The notes: generated by a model from the sequence alone, not told the origin. Shown: positions 1-13,693, counted from the whole stretch's first letter. The stretch: 63,841 bases of DNA, filler included, from Kipferlia bialata (GCA_003568945.1; 6 parts of 6 records of this genome joined end to end with filler, not necessarily neighbours in it), one strand, 5' to 3'. Translations and numbers: made by a program.

Positions 1-65
1 AAAAAAAAAAAAAAAAAAACCCTCCCCCCCCCCCCCCCCCCCCCCTATCTGTTCCTAACTCTCAG

Positions 66-137
66 GTGGATGACAACGACCCGGAGATCATGGAGTGTGT
101 CCGCTATGTGGATGCCAAGAGCAGCATGCGTGTGTGA
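66..137 (+). CDS. Last exon of an unidentified gene (VDDNDPEIMECVRYVDAKSSMRV*)
   Basis: ctaactctcag acceptor followed by an open frame ending in TGA at 135-137. The upstream part lies outside the window. Confidence 0.55.
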   Translation: MDDNDPEIMECVRYVDAKSSMRV

Positions 138-613
138 GCAGTTGTGACATGTTAACGGGTTGGGAGTGTTGGGAATGTTGAGAGCTCCTGGTGAACTGTA
201 CTTCAGTAAGCAGTTCTGTTGGAGCAGTGAATTAGTTCGTCAGATTGGAGGGTTTGTCCTGTATTGGATGCGGCTTGGTTTGCCGTGTGTCGTCTCTTGA
301 TTGATGTCAATTGAGTTGTAATTGATAACAGAGAGAAGTTTGTTAGTGTCGGGCGTACGTTGATGCGTGTTGATCTATATCAGCCATAAATACCATTGTA
401 TTGATATGTTTGGTGTCTTTTGTAAGGACTTACTTACTTACTTAGGCTAGTTCTATCCTATTTCTATCCTAAAAACGAGACCTTTAATCTTAAGACTAAA
501 TCTAAAGCTATCCAAAGGGTGTAGGTCTCTGGGTTGAGACGCTCAAACGTTGGCGCCAAGTCTTGGCGGTCTTAGCCTGTTCTTCTTGGAGACCATAAGC
601 AGCAGTAGCCACA

Positions 614-1195
614 ATGGGAATCAAGAACCTGCAGAAGCTGATCGACGAAGGTTAGTGGTGACTCATACCGTACTGTGGGAGGGTGATGTTATGTTTATGG
701 CCCTTGAGTTAGACTTGGGCAGAGTTTAGAGCGGAGTAACCACAAGTCCCCTAAGAGTAACAGCCTTTCAATACCAACGTGTGTGCCTCCCATACTACCC
801 CTCTCACCCCCTAGTGTGCCCCCAGGCCAAGACCATCCAGGACCCCAAGTCCTTCTTCGGCAGGTATCAGTATCAGTATCTGTATCTGTCCGTATTTGAT
901 ACTGAGTATATATATATATATATACTGATACTTATACTGATGGCAGGGTGGTGGCCATCGATGCCTCCATGGTGCTGTACCAGATGCTCATCGCTATCAC
1001 AGGTACGTTATAGTACCGCCTTTCTATTATATACGCCAATATGGTGTGCCAGTGCTATTGGGGTATGTTCAGTCTCATTCTCATGCTCTGTCTCTAACCA
1101 CCCTGTCTCCCTCTCTTACCCCCAGATGAGAATGGCGCCCCTCTGACCAACGGGGATGGCAGGGTGACCTCACACCTCCAGGGGCTCATCTCTAG
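614..1195 (+). CDS. FEN1: Flap endonuclease 1, N-terminal XPG-N region (4 exons: 614-650, 815-863, 947-1002, 1126-1195); 3' part missing
   Basis: GT-AG splicing gives MGIKNLQKLIDEVCPQAKTIQDPKSFFGRVVAIDASMVLYQMLIAITDENGAPLTNGDGRVTSHLQGLISR. This matches the FEN1 pattern MGI..L..LI / FGR.VAIDAS..YQ.LIA / G..TSHL.G...R. The sequence breaks at a poly-C tract. Confidence 0.92.
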
Positions 1196-2111
1196 GTACG
1201 TAATATATATATATCCCCCCCCCCCCCCCCCCAACACCCCCCCCCCCCCCCCCCCCCCCCGATACACAATCGAATTATCCATAATTTGATAGTGTGGGGT
1301 TTCGACTGCTTGAAATATATATTCCAATTCCTCCATTGGTACATGTGTGTGTATGTATACACTGTACCAGTGAATATGCGCAGTATAGCACATATTGACA
1401 CTGTAGTAGGACTATATAGAGTGTATATCTTTATACATTGTGTCTCAGTTCCTAATACCGAAACTCTACGGGCCAGTGCTGTTTCAGTACTCTTTATCTT
1501 TTTCTCTCTCTCTCTCTATGTTCATGTATGAGTACATGTAGGTATATCAAAACCCACCTTTAGCCCATCAAGGCGCATAATCAGCTTGATACTGTAAAAT
1601 ACTATTCTCTCTCTCTCTCTCTCACACACACACACCCTCTCTCTCTATACATATATACACATTTACATATATAATGTTCTCACTGTCAGGGTGCCAAGGC
1701 CCAGAAGCTGTTCTCTCTCTCTCTCTCTCTCTCTCTTTATACATGTATATTATTATCAATATTAACATTCAGGCTGCCAAGGCCCAGAAGCAGTTCGATA
1801 AGTAGCTTCACCCACCCGCACTCTATTATTGTGTATTCAATATATATACCCAATACTTGTACATATATATACTAATGTATGTTCTCACCAAGAGGCCCAA
1901 AACCAGTTTGTTACTGTAGTATATTATACTTTCTCTCTCTCTCTCCATCTGTCTCTCTCTCTCTATGTATATATGTATGTATATATGTATACCTATATAC
2001 CGTACTCAGTGAGTACTACTCACCTTTAGGCTGTGAAAGCCCACAAGTAGTGTGGCTTATGTTGGCATACGGTGATATACTATACGTAGATACCTATATA
2101 TGTACTCTCTC

Positions 2112-2144
<33 letters not shown>

Positions 2145-2184
2145 TTATACATGTATGCATATATATATCGGTTCTTACCCCAAG

Positions 2185-3597
2185 GCTGTTAAGGCCCAGA
2201 CGCAGTTTGACAAGTACACCCCATCTGACACTGAGGAGGTGCAGAGGCTGATAGAGAGAGCAAGGTACCATATATATATATATATATATACTAATGTATA
2301 TGTAGCATATATAGGTACACCCCATCTGACACTGAGAAGGTGCAGAGGCTGATAGAGTGAGCAAGGTACCATATATATATGTATATATATATATATATAT
2401 ATATCACTTGGTTGTGTGCATAGGGGTGGTTGATGTGTACATATGCCGTGTATATATGGTATATTATATCCCTGTGGTGTGACATATGTATAATCATATA
2501 CCATCATATATCAGGTCCTTTGATGTCTCCCACTTTGAAGTGTGTATAAGGACACAAATGTATATATTCTACATTAATACCACATATCCTCTCACGTTAG
2601 GGCCTTTGACCCCTCCCACCTTACTGTGTGCATGGGGGTAGTGGACACATGTGTCCCCCTTGCTAAGCGTGTGATAGAGGGCAAGGCCAGGGTGGAGAGG
2701 TTCCTCAAGGAGCACTCGAGTGGCAAGGTTGGTATACACACACCCTCATATATATATGAGTACATTTTTGTACACTATATACACTATATCTCTATTTCAA
2801 TAGAGGTTCCTCAAGGAGCACTCAAGAGATAAGGTTAGCTCATAGTAGTATATATGTATGTATTGTGTATTTGTTACACATATACTTAATCATAATGATT
2901 CGTAATTTTGGTGATATGCTCTGTCAATGATACATCTCACCTAAAGTTGTTGTCCAGGACTGTACTTCTATACTCCCCTCTCTCTATATGTGTATACCTA
3001 TATATATATATGTATATATGTATACAGAGACATGCGTTTCTAAACATCTCTCACTCTAGGTTGTTGCCCAAGACTGTGCCTTTGTCCTCCCATCGTATAT
3101 ACACTGGTGTAAACACATATATGTAGGAGTATATATATGTGTGTGTGCGTGTATGGGTATCTATATTTCTAACCCTACGGTTGTTGCCCAGGACTGTGCC
3201 TCTGTCCTTCCCTCTCTAGTCACTCTACACAGAGAGTTCAAGGACATGTACACCCATATGACTGCATCTATGGGGGCAGAGCCCACCCTACAGGAGAGTG
3301 AGGATGCTCTGCAGCAGGCAGTGGAGCTGAAGGAAGGTATATCCAATACTTATGGTCTCTACACCTGATACTCTATCATTACTGGAGACCATTACTATGC
3401 TATAGATATGTCACCTGATTTATGCATTACAAGTCCTACCAGCACTGACCCCAGACATATCCCGATGCTTCACCATCTTTCCTTTGTACGCTGTACTTAG
3501 AGTACTCATGAATTATTGATGAATATATTTATACATATATATGTAACATTACATCATAGTGTATATAGTACTTACCCCAGCCCTATCACGGTGTTTC

Positions 3598-3645
<48 letters not shown>

Positions 3646-5600
3646 CATACTACTATATGCACTCCCGGTACTGATCCCAGCCATATCCCGGTGCTTCATC
3701 ATCCCTCTCCCTGTTGACATGGCTTCCATGTCTCTATCTGGCAAGGGCAAGTACTGCCAGATTGAGAGGTGAGGTCCTCACTGAGGACTCATATTACTAA
3801 TAGTGCCGTGAGTATTTGCTATATATATTCCTCTATCCACAATGTATACTCTATATACTCTCTCTGTCTGGCAAGGGCAAGTCCTGTCAGGTCGAGAGGT
3901 AAGGACCCAAGATAGGTGATCAGTATCGATAATACATCATAGTATACTATTAATTATTGTTATGTGGTGTCTCACCCCTAGGCACAACGGGTCTGTGAGA
4001 GAGCTCATAGAGTCAGCCCAGGCCATCATTGAGAGTGAGGTGTATAATCACGTGTATAAACATGCTAGTGTATATGTTCTCATACTAGTATATATATATG
4101 TGCGTGTGTTAGTGTGAGTATGTGTGCTAGAGGGAGGTGAGATATATATGGGTCTGTGTTATGTGTAGTTACTCACCATATGCTCATATTGACACCCGTG
4201 TAATATACACTCGACTCTTACGCACATAACTGTAGTAGAACTTCTGAGTAGTTTCTCACTCTATGCCCTTATTGAGTTTTATCTATAATAGTTTTTTTTG
4301 TTGTGTCTTGTATATTTTCACTCTAGGCCCTCATTGAGTCCTGCAAGGCCAAGCTGCAGAGCCTTGTTGTGCCAGACATGATGGAGTGTGGAGCTCTGGT
4401 TGGAAGGTGTGTTTATGTTGGCGTTACTATATATATGTGTGTGTATGACTATTACCCCAGCAGACGTGCTGGGATGTGTAGCACTGGGGTTGTATGAATG
4501 TATTGTCGGATATATATATATATGTAGATATATGCTTACCATACAACATATATGTGTAAACATATGTCTCAAGTGCAGGTGCCAGAACATGATTCCACTA
4601 CTCGAGGCCCTCACAAAGGACCAGAAGAATTGCAAGGTTCGATAGTGGCATTGTATTGAGCAAGATGTAACTGTTTCTACACTCACACATATATATGCGT
4701 ATGTATATATGTCTGCCGGTATGTCCTCAAGTCTAGTGACTACCCGTTAATACTGTATGTATAGTGTATGTAGTAGTGTGTGTGTTCTCATTCTACAGGT
4801 ATTCGTATAGATCTCTTTCTCTGCTAGAGTATGTTTGGCTCATGCTAACAGAAGCATACAGATCCCTGCATTATTGACTAGTCTAACCCCAGCCACTCCT
4901 GGAGAAGCTCTCGACTCTTTCCAAGGTGTCTGAGGTAGAGATCGAGGACCAGGAGTACGAGGCTGAGATGCTGCAGGTACATGGCCTAATCGCGTAGTTA
5001 TTCACAAGCATCGCGTAAATCCTTAACATCCAGCTCAAGGCCAAGAAGCGCACTCTTACCGCCAAGGAGCGCTCTACCTACGAGACCCAGGCCACTGCTA
5101 TCAGAGAGAGGGTGAAGTCATTGAGAGAGGCCCATGCTGCAAGGGCAAGAGCGGAGAAGGCTCTCTCCCCCTACGTGCACCTAGCTGCAGTAGCCAAGGC
5201 TCTGGGTGTGAAGAGAGGGCCAATCCCCCTGGTGCGTAGAGTAAGGGGGCAGTGTGGTGTGAGGGAGACAGAGAGACAGAGACAGAGAGAGGAAGAGGGA
5301 GTGGTGGGCATGATGATCAAGGGCGGTGATGTCGTTGCCACTCAGAAGGAGAGAGAGAGAGAGACAAGGGGCGTTGTGTCGACCAGTAGTGACAGGGATA
5401 CTACGAACCCCTTGTGTACTGAGGCTCTTACAGGGGCTCTTGGTGCGTCCACGCATGTATATGGAACTATAGAATGCTATCCAGCCGCTCCTCTGCCAGA
5501 GATATCTCCTCAGCAAGATAGAGCTAGCAGGAGAAAGTCCCTTGCCAAGTGGGAGAAAGAGATTAGGGAGAGAGAGATGTGGCTGAGTGAGAACAGTTGA
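2185..5600 (+). CDS. Multi-exon hypothetical, helical/coiled-coil protein (5' end unresolved)
   Basis: Phase-compatible exons AVKAQTQFDKYTPSDTEEVQRLIERAR / AFDPSHLTVCMG...SSGK / VVAQDCASVL...ELKE / PLLEKLSTLSK...EMLQ / LKAKKRTL...WLSENS*. No family recognised. Confidence 0.6.
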
Positions 5601-6070
5601 GAGCTGAGTTGGAGGAGTGAGACTCACTGACTGAGATAGTGTCCGGCTAAGACTGACTCTGAGAGTGGAGATGGCTAGAGGGAGAGAGAAAGAGAGGAAG
5701 AGTGGCCGTAGCTTGCGTGGAAGCTGAGAGACTGGCCCTGAGGGTGGAGAGGGTCGTACAGAACAACTTCACTGGGGATTGGTATATAAATAGTGATATT
5801 TGACTTGTAAAACACTTGGTTGCCTGTAGAGTATGATGGATACCTAACGTGACACGCATAGTTAGAGAATCCCATGTTGTGAGTGTAATCTATATAGAAT
5901 AGATATACATACTTCCAGACACTCTTTTAGGATGGCCCTCAGGTACATCTTCTTGACCTCGAGACTTTTGATGCAATAAACATACATAGATTCTCTTTCT
6001 ACCTACCAGAACTATGAGCGACGCTCATTGATCCAAGAGACTCAGAACACTCCTATCTCTGTAAGTGATT

Positions 6071-6100
6071 CACTGATAAGTTATCACTGATAAGTTATCA
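6071..6100. repeat. Tandem 14-bp repeat (CACTGATAAGTTAT)x2, creating two TGATAA-G-TTATCA palindromes
   Basis: Read directly. It lies about 80 bp upstream of the ATG at 6181. Confidence 0.8.
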
Positions 6101-6180
6101 GATGCTGTGACCACACCCTTTATTCATGGAATGACAAGTGACTGACTAGCTAGAGTTGTATATATCTGCTTCTTCTCTGG

Positions 6181-6400
6181 ATGATGCGGTCGAGATATAT
6201 TTGTGCTGTTCTAGTGACCATTCTCTGCCTATCGGTAGAGAGTGTACGGGGAGAAGACTTTGCCAGGTGAACAAGCACAATGAAGTGCTATACATCACTC
6301 TGTTTGATACCCTCTTCCGCTGACTTCTAGTTTCACTGCCTCCTGTGGGGTGCCCGAGACAGTACAGCCAACATACGAGGCATCATGCTACTATGATAAG
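6181..6400 (+). CDS. 5' exons of a putative secreted/surface protein with signal peptide; 3' part lost at poly-C tract
   Basis: Exons 6181-6266 and 6331-6400 splice to MMRSRYICAVLVTILCLSVESVRGEDFASFTASCGVPETVQPTYEASCYYDK: basic N-terminus, hydrophobic core and a VRG-ED cleavage-like site. Confidence 0.55.
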
Positions 6401-6651
6401 GTGTGTGATTATGGATACGAGCGATATTGGCAATGGGTATCCGACCCTCATATTTGTGAGTCGGAGTGTCTCTTAAACAGTATCAATCTGCCACAATACA
6501 TATCTGTGTATTCAGTTATATATGTATGTTCACAGTGTCGTTATTGGGTGGCATCTCCCCCCCCCCCCCCCCCCTCCTCCCCCCCCCCCCCCCCTTTTTT
6601 TCTTCCCCCCCCCCCCCCCCCGTCTCTTTCTCTTCCCCATCTCATGTATAG

Positions 6652-8333
6652 CTTGACCTGTGCACCCAGCTGCGGTCTGACTGTCACACCCACCTAGCCC
6701 TGCTCACAATGCACAGACTGGGTATGGGGTGTATATGTATATATAGTATATAGTCTATATAGAGTACATATACTGTGTAGTGTGTATATGACTGTACATG
6801 ACTCTATATATATATATGGTGTATATGACTGCCACACCCACCTGGCCCTGCTCACAATGCACAGACTGGGTATGTTATACATGTACATAGAGTATATGTA
6901 GTATATATATATATATAAGGTGTATATGACTCAACCCACCTGGCCCTGCTCACAATGCACAGACTGGGTATGGAGTGTGTATCCACCTACTTATATGTAC
7001 ACATACACATGTATGTGTACACTCTATCTAACCCCCCAGGTGTCATCAGACTGGTGGAATGGGCCAACCCCTCTGCCCTGGCATCGGTGGTACTAGATAC
7101 TCTGAGGTATATACATATATAGTATATATGTATACATATTGGATATACTATATATATAGTATAGGGCCAACCCCTCTGCACTGGCATCGGTGGTGCTGGA
7201 TACACTCAGGTATGAGTATAGTTGTATATAGTATATGTATGTTGTATACATACGTGCTAGTTGATACTCCTTTGCCCTGGCATCGGTGGTGCTGGACACT
7301 CTGAGGTGTGTATATACACACACATATTTATATATATGGAGCTTAGCTTAGACACACATTAGTATTTCCTCTTGTCTTCCCACTCACATCTCCAGGCAGA
7401 GGATGCTTGCCGCTTTGGTTGGGTATATTATCTATATCATAGTTATTTATACATATGACTATATGTGTTACATATTGTATAGTTTTTAGTGTTCTCTTAC
7501 ATCACCAGGCAGAGAATGCTTGCCCCTCTGGTTGACAGGATGGCAGATGGTGACGGCGAGTGCTCTGACCCAGAGGCCATACTCAGGCTGATAGGGAGGG
7601 TGTACAGTGGAAGGTATGAGTGTTTAGGTATTAATATATAAATGTATATATGAGCATTGTATATCAATGTGCCAGAGGCCACACTCAGACTGATAAGGAG
7701 GGAACAGTGCTCTGTATGGAACGCATTATGTAGTCAAATATTTACTCATCTATACTTGATCAATTGTGTATTTCATATTCATTAGGATAACTCACCGGCA
7801 GCCTTGTATCCGAGGGTGTCCTTCCCCAGTCCCCCAGTCACTATATATATGCATAATACATACATTTTAGATAGTTGATATATAATATATATATATATAT
7901 ACACTATACCATGCCTGATCCAAGGCTAGTGTCCGATGGTGTCCTTCCCCAGTCCCCCAGTCTCACCATATGCGATGCAGTCAACACACTCATGGTGAGT
8001 GTCACATGCAAATATGCAAGACTATTAGCAGTTAACTGTAGATATCTTAAGAATCCATTCCTTTATCTAAGTGCCATCATATGTATGCGATGCAGTCAAC
8101 ACACTCATGGTGAGTATCAACAGTTAGTTACTGTATGGATATGTGGAAATTGTCCTTTCACATCCCTATTGTCCTTGCCTCTAACTCAGTTAGACCCTCA
8201 CCCATAGCGCTGAGTCTGTTTTCTTTCTTTCTTTCTCTCTCTCTCTCTCTATCTCAATATATGTATATATATATATATATCTATATTATGTCATCACCTT
8301 AACCCTAGGCCCCCTCCCGTGGCATTGAGTCTG

Positions 8334-8368
<35 letters not shown>

Positions 8369-11300
8369 CACATACATATGTATCTATAATTTCCATGACT
8401 CTAGGCCCCCTCCCGTGGCATTGAGTCTGACCTCCGCAGTGTCAGGACAGTGATGGCTGGACTGTTAATGGGAATGGGTTAGTACCTATAGTATATATGT
8501 ATATATATATATATATATATACATATCCACCTCTGCAGTGTCAGGACAGTGATGGCAGGGCTACTCATGGGGATAGGTATGCATATACTATATATGTATA
8601 TATACACACACACATATATATATATATGTATATATCCCATCCACCTCCGCAGTGTCAGGACAGTTATGGCTGGACTGTTAATGGGGACAGGTAACTGGGG
8701 TGTAATGTATACACACTTCATACATGCATTATTTCTTCCGGTACCTAGGCTCTAACCCCCCAGACACTGCCTCTGCCAGTCCCACCCAGAGTCACATGGA
8801 TGAGCTAGGTACATAGAGTGCTTTGAGACGACAACCTGGATGATATCTATATGTCTATCTTTTGTATCAATGTATTGATAGTATTATTGTAACTCTATCA
8901 TCATGAGCTTAACAAATGCTACGCTCATGCTACAACACTACTGCATTACATACTCTCTCTCTCTCTCTTTCTACTCAACAATACTCTTGTACATCTTATC
9001 TCATATATTAGGCTCCTTCATGCTCCAGCACTGCATCTACCACATGTGATATACATATATATATATTAGATGTGTATTAATGTGTATATATAGAACACTA
9101 CTATACTCTTCTACATCTTTATCTCATATATTAGGCTCCTTCATGCTGCAGCACTGCATCTACCATGACAACTTGGATGCATACAACGCAGGGTTCATAG
9201 GTTTGATACTTGCATATATATACTAATATATATGCATGTACGTGGGGTTCATAGGTATCTATCGCAGTGAGACCCCTGGTGCCTCTCTCTCTCTATATAT
9301 ATATAGGATATGTCTAATGAGTGTTTGCTGGACAGTGGATACATCACGACAACCTGGATGCATACAACGCAGGGTTCATACGTAATGTGCATACAGTATT
9401 ATTTGCAGCTGCATAGTTATGTATGTACTATCTCTCAGAGTCTGGTACTGGTGTCCCTCTCCCCTTTTGTGTTAATTTACATACATGTGTGGAGTGCTGA
9501 TGCGTGCAATAACCCCAGCCCTTTCCGAGTCTGGTACTGGTGCCCCTCTCTCCCTGTCACTCACTGCACCCAATGGCCAGATGTACACACCACCCCCATT
9601 CCCCATAGCGGCTACGAGGTATGATGCTTCATATATATAGTGTTAAGACACAATTCACTGTATCTTGTCTTCACTAGTATTGAGTCTTCCCATTGTGTAA
9701 ATTGTCATTCTTCTCTTTCCTTACATCCTTTTGCAACTTTCTATCTGGCACTCTTTCGAGCATGACCTGTGTCACTGTCTCACTTACTATTCTATGGTTA
9801 TGTAATGTATTTAGATACATATCCACTTAACCCAGGCAATTCTTCGAGCATGACCTTGATGTGTTTCGTCTCTCTCTCTCTCTCTCTCTCTGCATCCTAT
9901 ATATTCTGATTACAGACACTTCTTCGAGCATGACCTTGGTCTGTATCACTCTCCCGTTACTATATGTATATGTATATATATATATATGTATATATGTATA
10001 TATATATATCCACTGACTTGCAGACACTTCTTCGAGCATGACCTTGGTCTGTACCGTGAGAGGTCCATGGACATGAGAGTACAACGGATGGACATGTACA
10101 CACAGGGACTAGGTATGTATACAGGGTATTATATATATATATGATATATAATATATCTATATACTAGATAGTATATGCTATATTCTATGGTCCATGGACA
10201 TGAGGGTACAACGGATGGACATGTACAGTCAGGGATTAGGTATACTATATAACTACACATACATATCTATCTATGTATGTGTACAGTATATCTGAATATC
10301 TATCAATATATGCATACTATTAACTCCCCAGGCACCCATGCCCACCTAGCACTACAGGATACCCATCTGGCCAGTATATATATATGTACATATGAATACA
10401 TAACATATATGCATTGATAGTATCTCACTCTACAGGCACCCATGCCCACCTAGCATTGCAGGATGCCCATCTGGCCAGTGTCATGGGGGTGTCCATGTAC
10501 AATGCACGAGGAGTGGCAGCATTCCAAGCAGCAGGTACATATTACATATATATACTATTCTATAGACTATATATACTATGTATATCTGGCCATATGTATA
10601 CGTGTATATACCCTAACCCTAGGCCTGTCTCTTGGTGCCTCCCTCGGCTACTCCCTCCCTGACCCCCTGAGGGCACTGTTCAGACTGGACACAGTCACGC
10701 CGGGTGTGTATTTGTATATATGCATATACGGGAATACATATATATATATAGAGAGAGAGAGTATCAACTGGGGGCACTGTTCAGACTGGACACAGTGGGT
10801 ATGCTATTATATCTATGTGAGTGTATTCATATATAGTGACTGTTATTATTCAATCATGTATTGTTGTACTCAGGGCACTGTTCAGACTGGACAGGGTGAC
10901 ACCAGGTGTGTATTTGTATATAGTAATATATAGTTACTAGTTCATGGTTGACACTGACTCTCAGCATTAGAGGACGTCTCTCCTCCATGCTGCGCTCACT
11001 CCCTCTCATACACATATATACACATATATACACATATATACTCATATATACATATTCCATATTCTCACTCTCAGCCCTAGTAGATGTCTGCCTATCCTCC
11101 ATGCTGCGGTCTGACCCTGTGATATCCCTATATATATATATATATATATAATCGTATATGGATACCCACTATTGTACATAACTAACCTGCAGCCCTAGTA
11201 GACGTCTGCCTATCCTCCATGCTTAGGTCTGACCCTGGCCTGTCTAAGTCCCTGGTGGACATGGCCACAAGGGGACCAAAGGGGACAAGGGTGAGTGACG

Positions 11301-12203
11301 AGTATCAGTATGTAGCTATTATTCTAAGTGGGGGAGGTAGAGGGTGTTTTGGTGGGTGTATATGTGTGCTTGTACTATTTGCATGGACTCTATACTCTAT
11401 ACTCTATACTCTCTACTCTCTACTCTCTACTCTATCTGTCTCGTCACACGTTTATACGTATGTCTCTCGTAGGCTTAGCGCTCACTCTCAGACATCTATT
11501 CCCCCCCGTCTGTCCTCCCTGCTGTCCCTACTCTCATTTATACTCTGCAGTTATATATATATGTATATAGCATATATATATGTATGTTTCTACTCATTAC
11601 CAGACCTCTATCCCTCCACGTCTGTCCTCCCTGCTGTCCCTCCTTGCGTACTCTGCTGTTGGGGTGCAGGGGGAGAGAGACGGAGAGGATATGCGGGCTG
11701 TGTCTGTGGGTCTTGATGGCAGGTATGCTTGTATTGAGAATACCTTCGGTATTGTCTCTACTTAGTGGTTAACCCTTCTATGGTCGTTTCTTACCCTAGC
11801 ACCTCTGCCACTCTATCCCTGTGCAGCCCCTGTATATTTTCATATTCTTATATTTATTAATGTATATATCAGTATTACATGAACCCTTATCCCAGGGCTT
11901 CTGCCACCCTGTCCCTGTGCAGCCCCCACGGCTCTGCCTACTCTCTCTCTCCCTCTCTCTACTCAGTACTTATCACCCAGCGCTTCTGCCACCCTGTCCC
12001 TGTGCAGCCCCCACGGCTCTGCATACCCTGCTGACTCTGCTGCTGTCTCAGCCCTGGATAGACTAGGACTGCTGGTGCAGTGTATCAGAATGAGGTATAG
12101 TAAATATATATATATATATATATATACTAGGCATATGTATACTTGCTGTGTCTGCTCTAGACAGACTGGGGTTACTGGTGCAGTGGATAAGGATGAGGTA
12201 TAG

Positions 12204-12234
<31 letters not shown>

Positions 12235-12391
12235 TATGCATATGCATACTTGATGTGTCTGCTCTTGATATACTGGGTCGTACAGTGTATCAGGATGAGG
12301 TATATATAAACATGTGTTCTAAATATACTCTGAATATATACATCGACTTACCATATCCTGCTGTGTCTTTACTGGAGTGTATCAGATCTGT

Positions 12392-12436
<45 letters not shown>

Positions 12437-13649
12437 ATACCAGGTGGACCACCTCCTTTTTGTACAACTCTCTCTCTCTCTATATATATATAAATATATA
12501 TACTCCTGATGTCAGATGGACCACCTCCCCCCACTCCTCTGAGTGTGACAACAAGTATATCCGTTCATCTCTCTCTCTCTAATATATTAATAACTCTCTA
12601 ATGTATCAATTGACTCTTCATTTAACCATAAGGTGGACCACCTCCCCCCACTCCTCCGAGTGTGACGCCTGGTGTGCCCAGATACTGGCACACCCACTAG
12701 GACAGGCACTGGAGATGGATGGATACTCAGTAGGGTTAGTATATATATATATATATATCTATAGTATATGTGTCTATGATATATATATATATACTGACAC
12801 ACCCACTGGGACAGGCACTGGAGATGGATGCATACAGTGTTGGGTATGTGTATATACACAGTATTATTTGAACACTCAGATGTCAGCTCTATCCATAGAC
12901 ACATCCCTATGCACTCTGGTATCTATATCTGTTATATGTATTTATACACTCACCCCAGCTCCATCCTCTACACCCTCCTTCACTCCGGTCTGCCCCCCTC
13001 TGTCATTGAGACAACAATACTATATATATGTATATGCGTAAACGTATATATATACTATACTCACCCCAGCTCCATCCTCTACACCCTTCTGCACTCCGGT
13101 CTGCCCCCCTCAGTGTTTGAGACACCCATATACTAGTATATACATGTATACTATATACTATATACTCATACCAGCTCTATCCTCTACACCCTCCTGCACT
13201 CTGGCCTCCCCCCCTCTGTGATTGAGACTGCACTGCTCTGTGCACTGGGGGACACTATACAGGACATGCAGTACATGGACACTATCAGGAGGTATATATT
13301 TGTATGTATACTTGTATAGTAATTATATTATAATCTATAGTGTATATACTATGTGCACTGGGGGACAGTGTGCATGATATGCAGTACATGGACACAATCA
13401 GGAGGTATGGTATATATTATATATATGTATATTGATACAGTGTATAGTGTATACTGTTGTATATATGAACTATGCACTAGGGGGTGTGCATGATATTCAG
13501 TGTATGGACACAATCAGACTGTATAACAGTGATGTGTTTATTGTGTATAATGTACTCAATATCAGGTATACGTCACACTATATACCTTCTAACATCCCAG
13601 GACCCCAGACGGTGCCCTGCTGATCAGGTTCATACAGGCACACCCAGAG
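6652..13649 (+). CDS. Large multi-exon hypothetical protein (partial at both ends)
   Basis: About 20 short exons with GT/AG borders between TA/CT microsatellite introns, e.g. LDLCTQLRSDCHTHLALLTMHRL, GTHAHLALQDAHLASVMGVSMYNARGVAAFQAA, WTTSPHSSECDAWCAQILAHPLGQALEMDG. Family not recognised. Confidence 0.55.
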
Positions 13650-13693
13650 GTATATATATAGTATATAGTATAGTATACACATAACAAAACAAA

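Noticed and set aside
430..595. Short repeats (CTTA)n and TTCTATCCTA x2, plus several GAGACC/GGTCTC sites upstream of FEN1, considered as vector or regulatory signals
   Set aside because: They are too short, have no supporting vector sequence and are compatible with chance.
614..5600. A single FEN1 fusion gene extending to 5600
   Set aside because: The expected next FEN1 motifs (GIKP.YVFDG, EAEAQC) are absent after the poly-C tract, so this is more likely a mis-join of two loci.
6652..13510. Repeat-spacer pattern resembling a CRISPR array
   Set aside because: The repeats differ from locus to locus, match adjacent exon ends, have microsatellite spacers, and there are no cas genes. The context is eukaryotic.
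1094..13684. Many 60-160-aa ORFs rich in YIYI/LSLS
   Set aside because: They are translations of (TA)n and (CT)n intronic microsatellites, not proteins.
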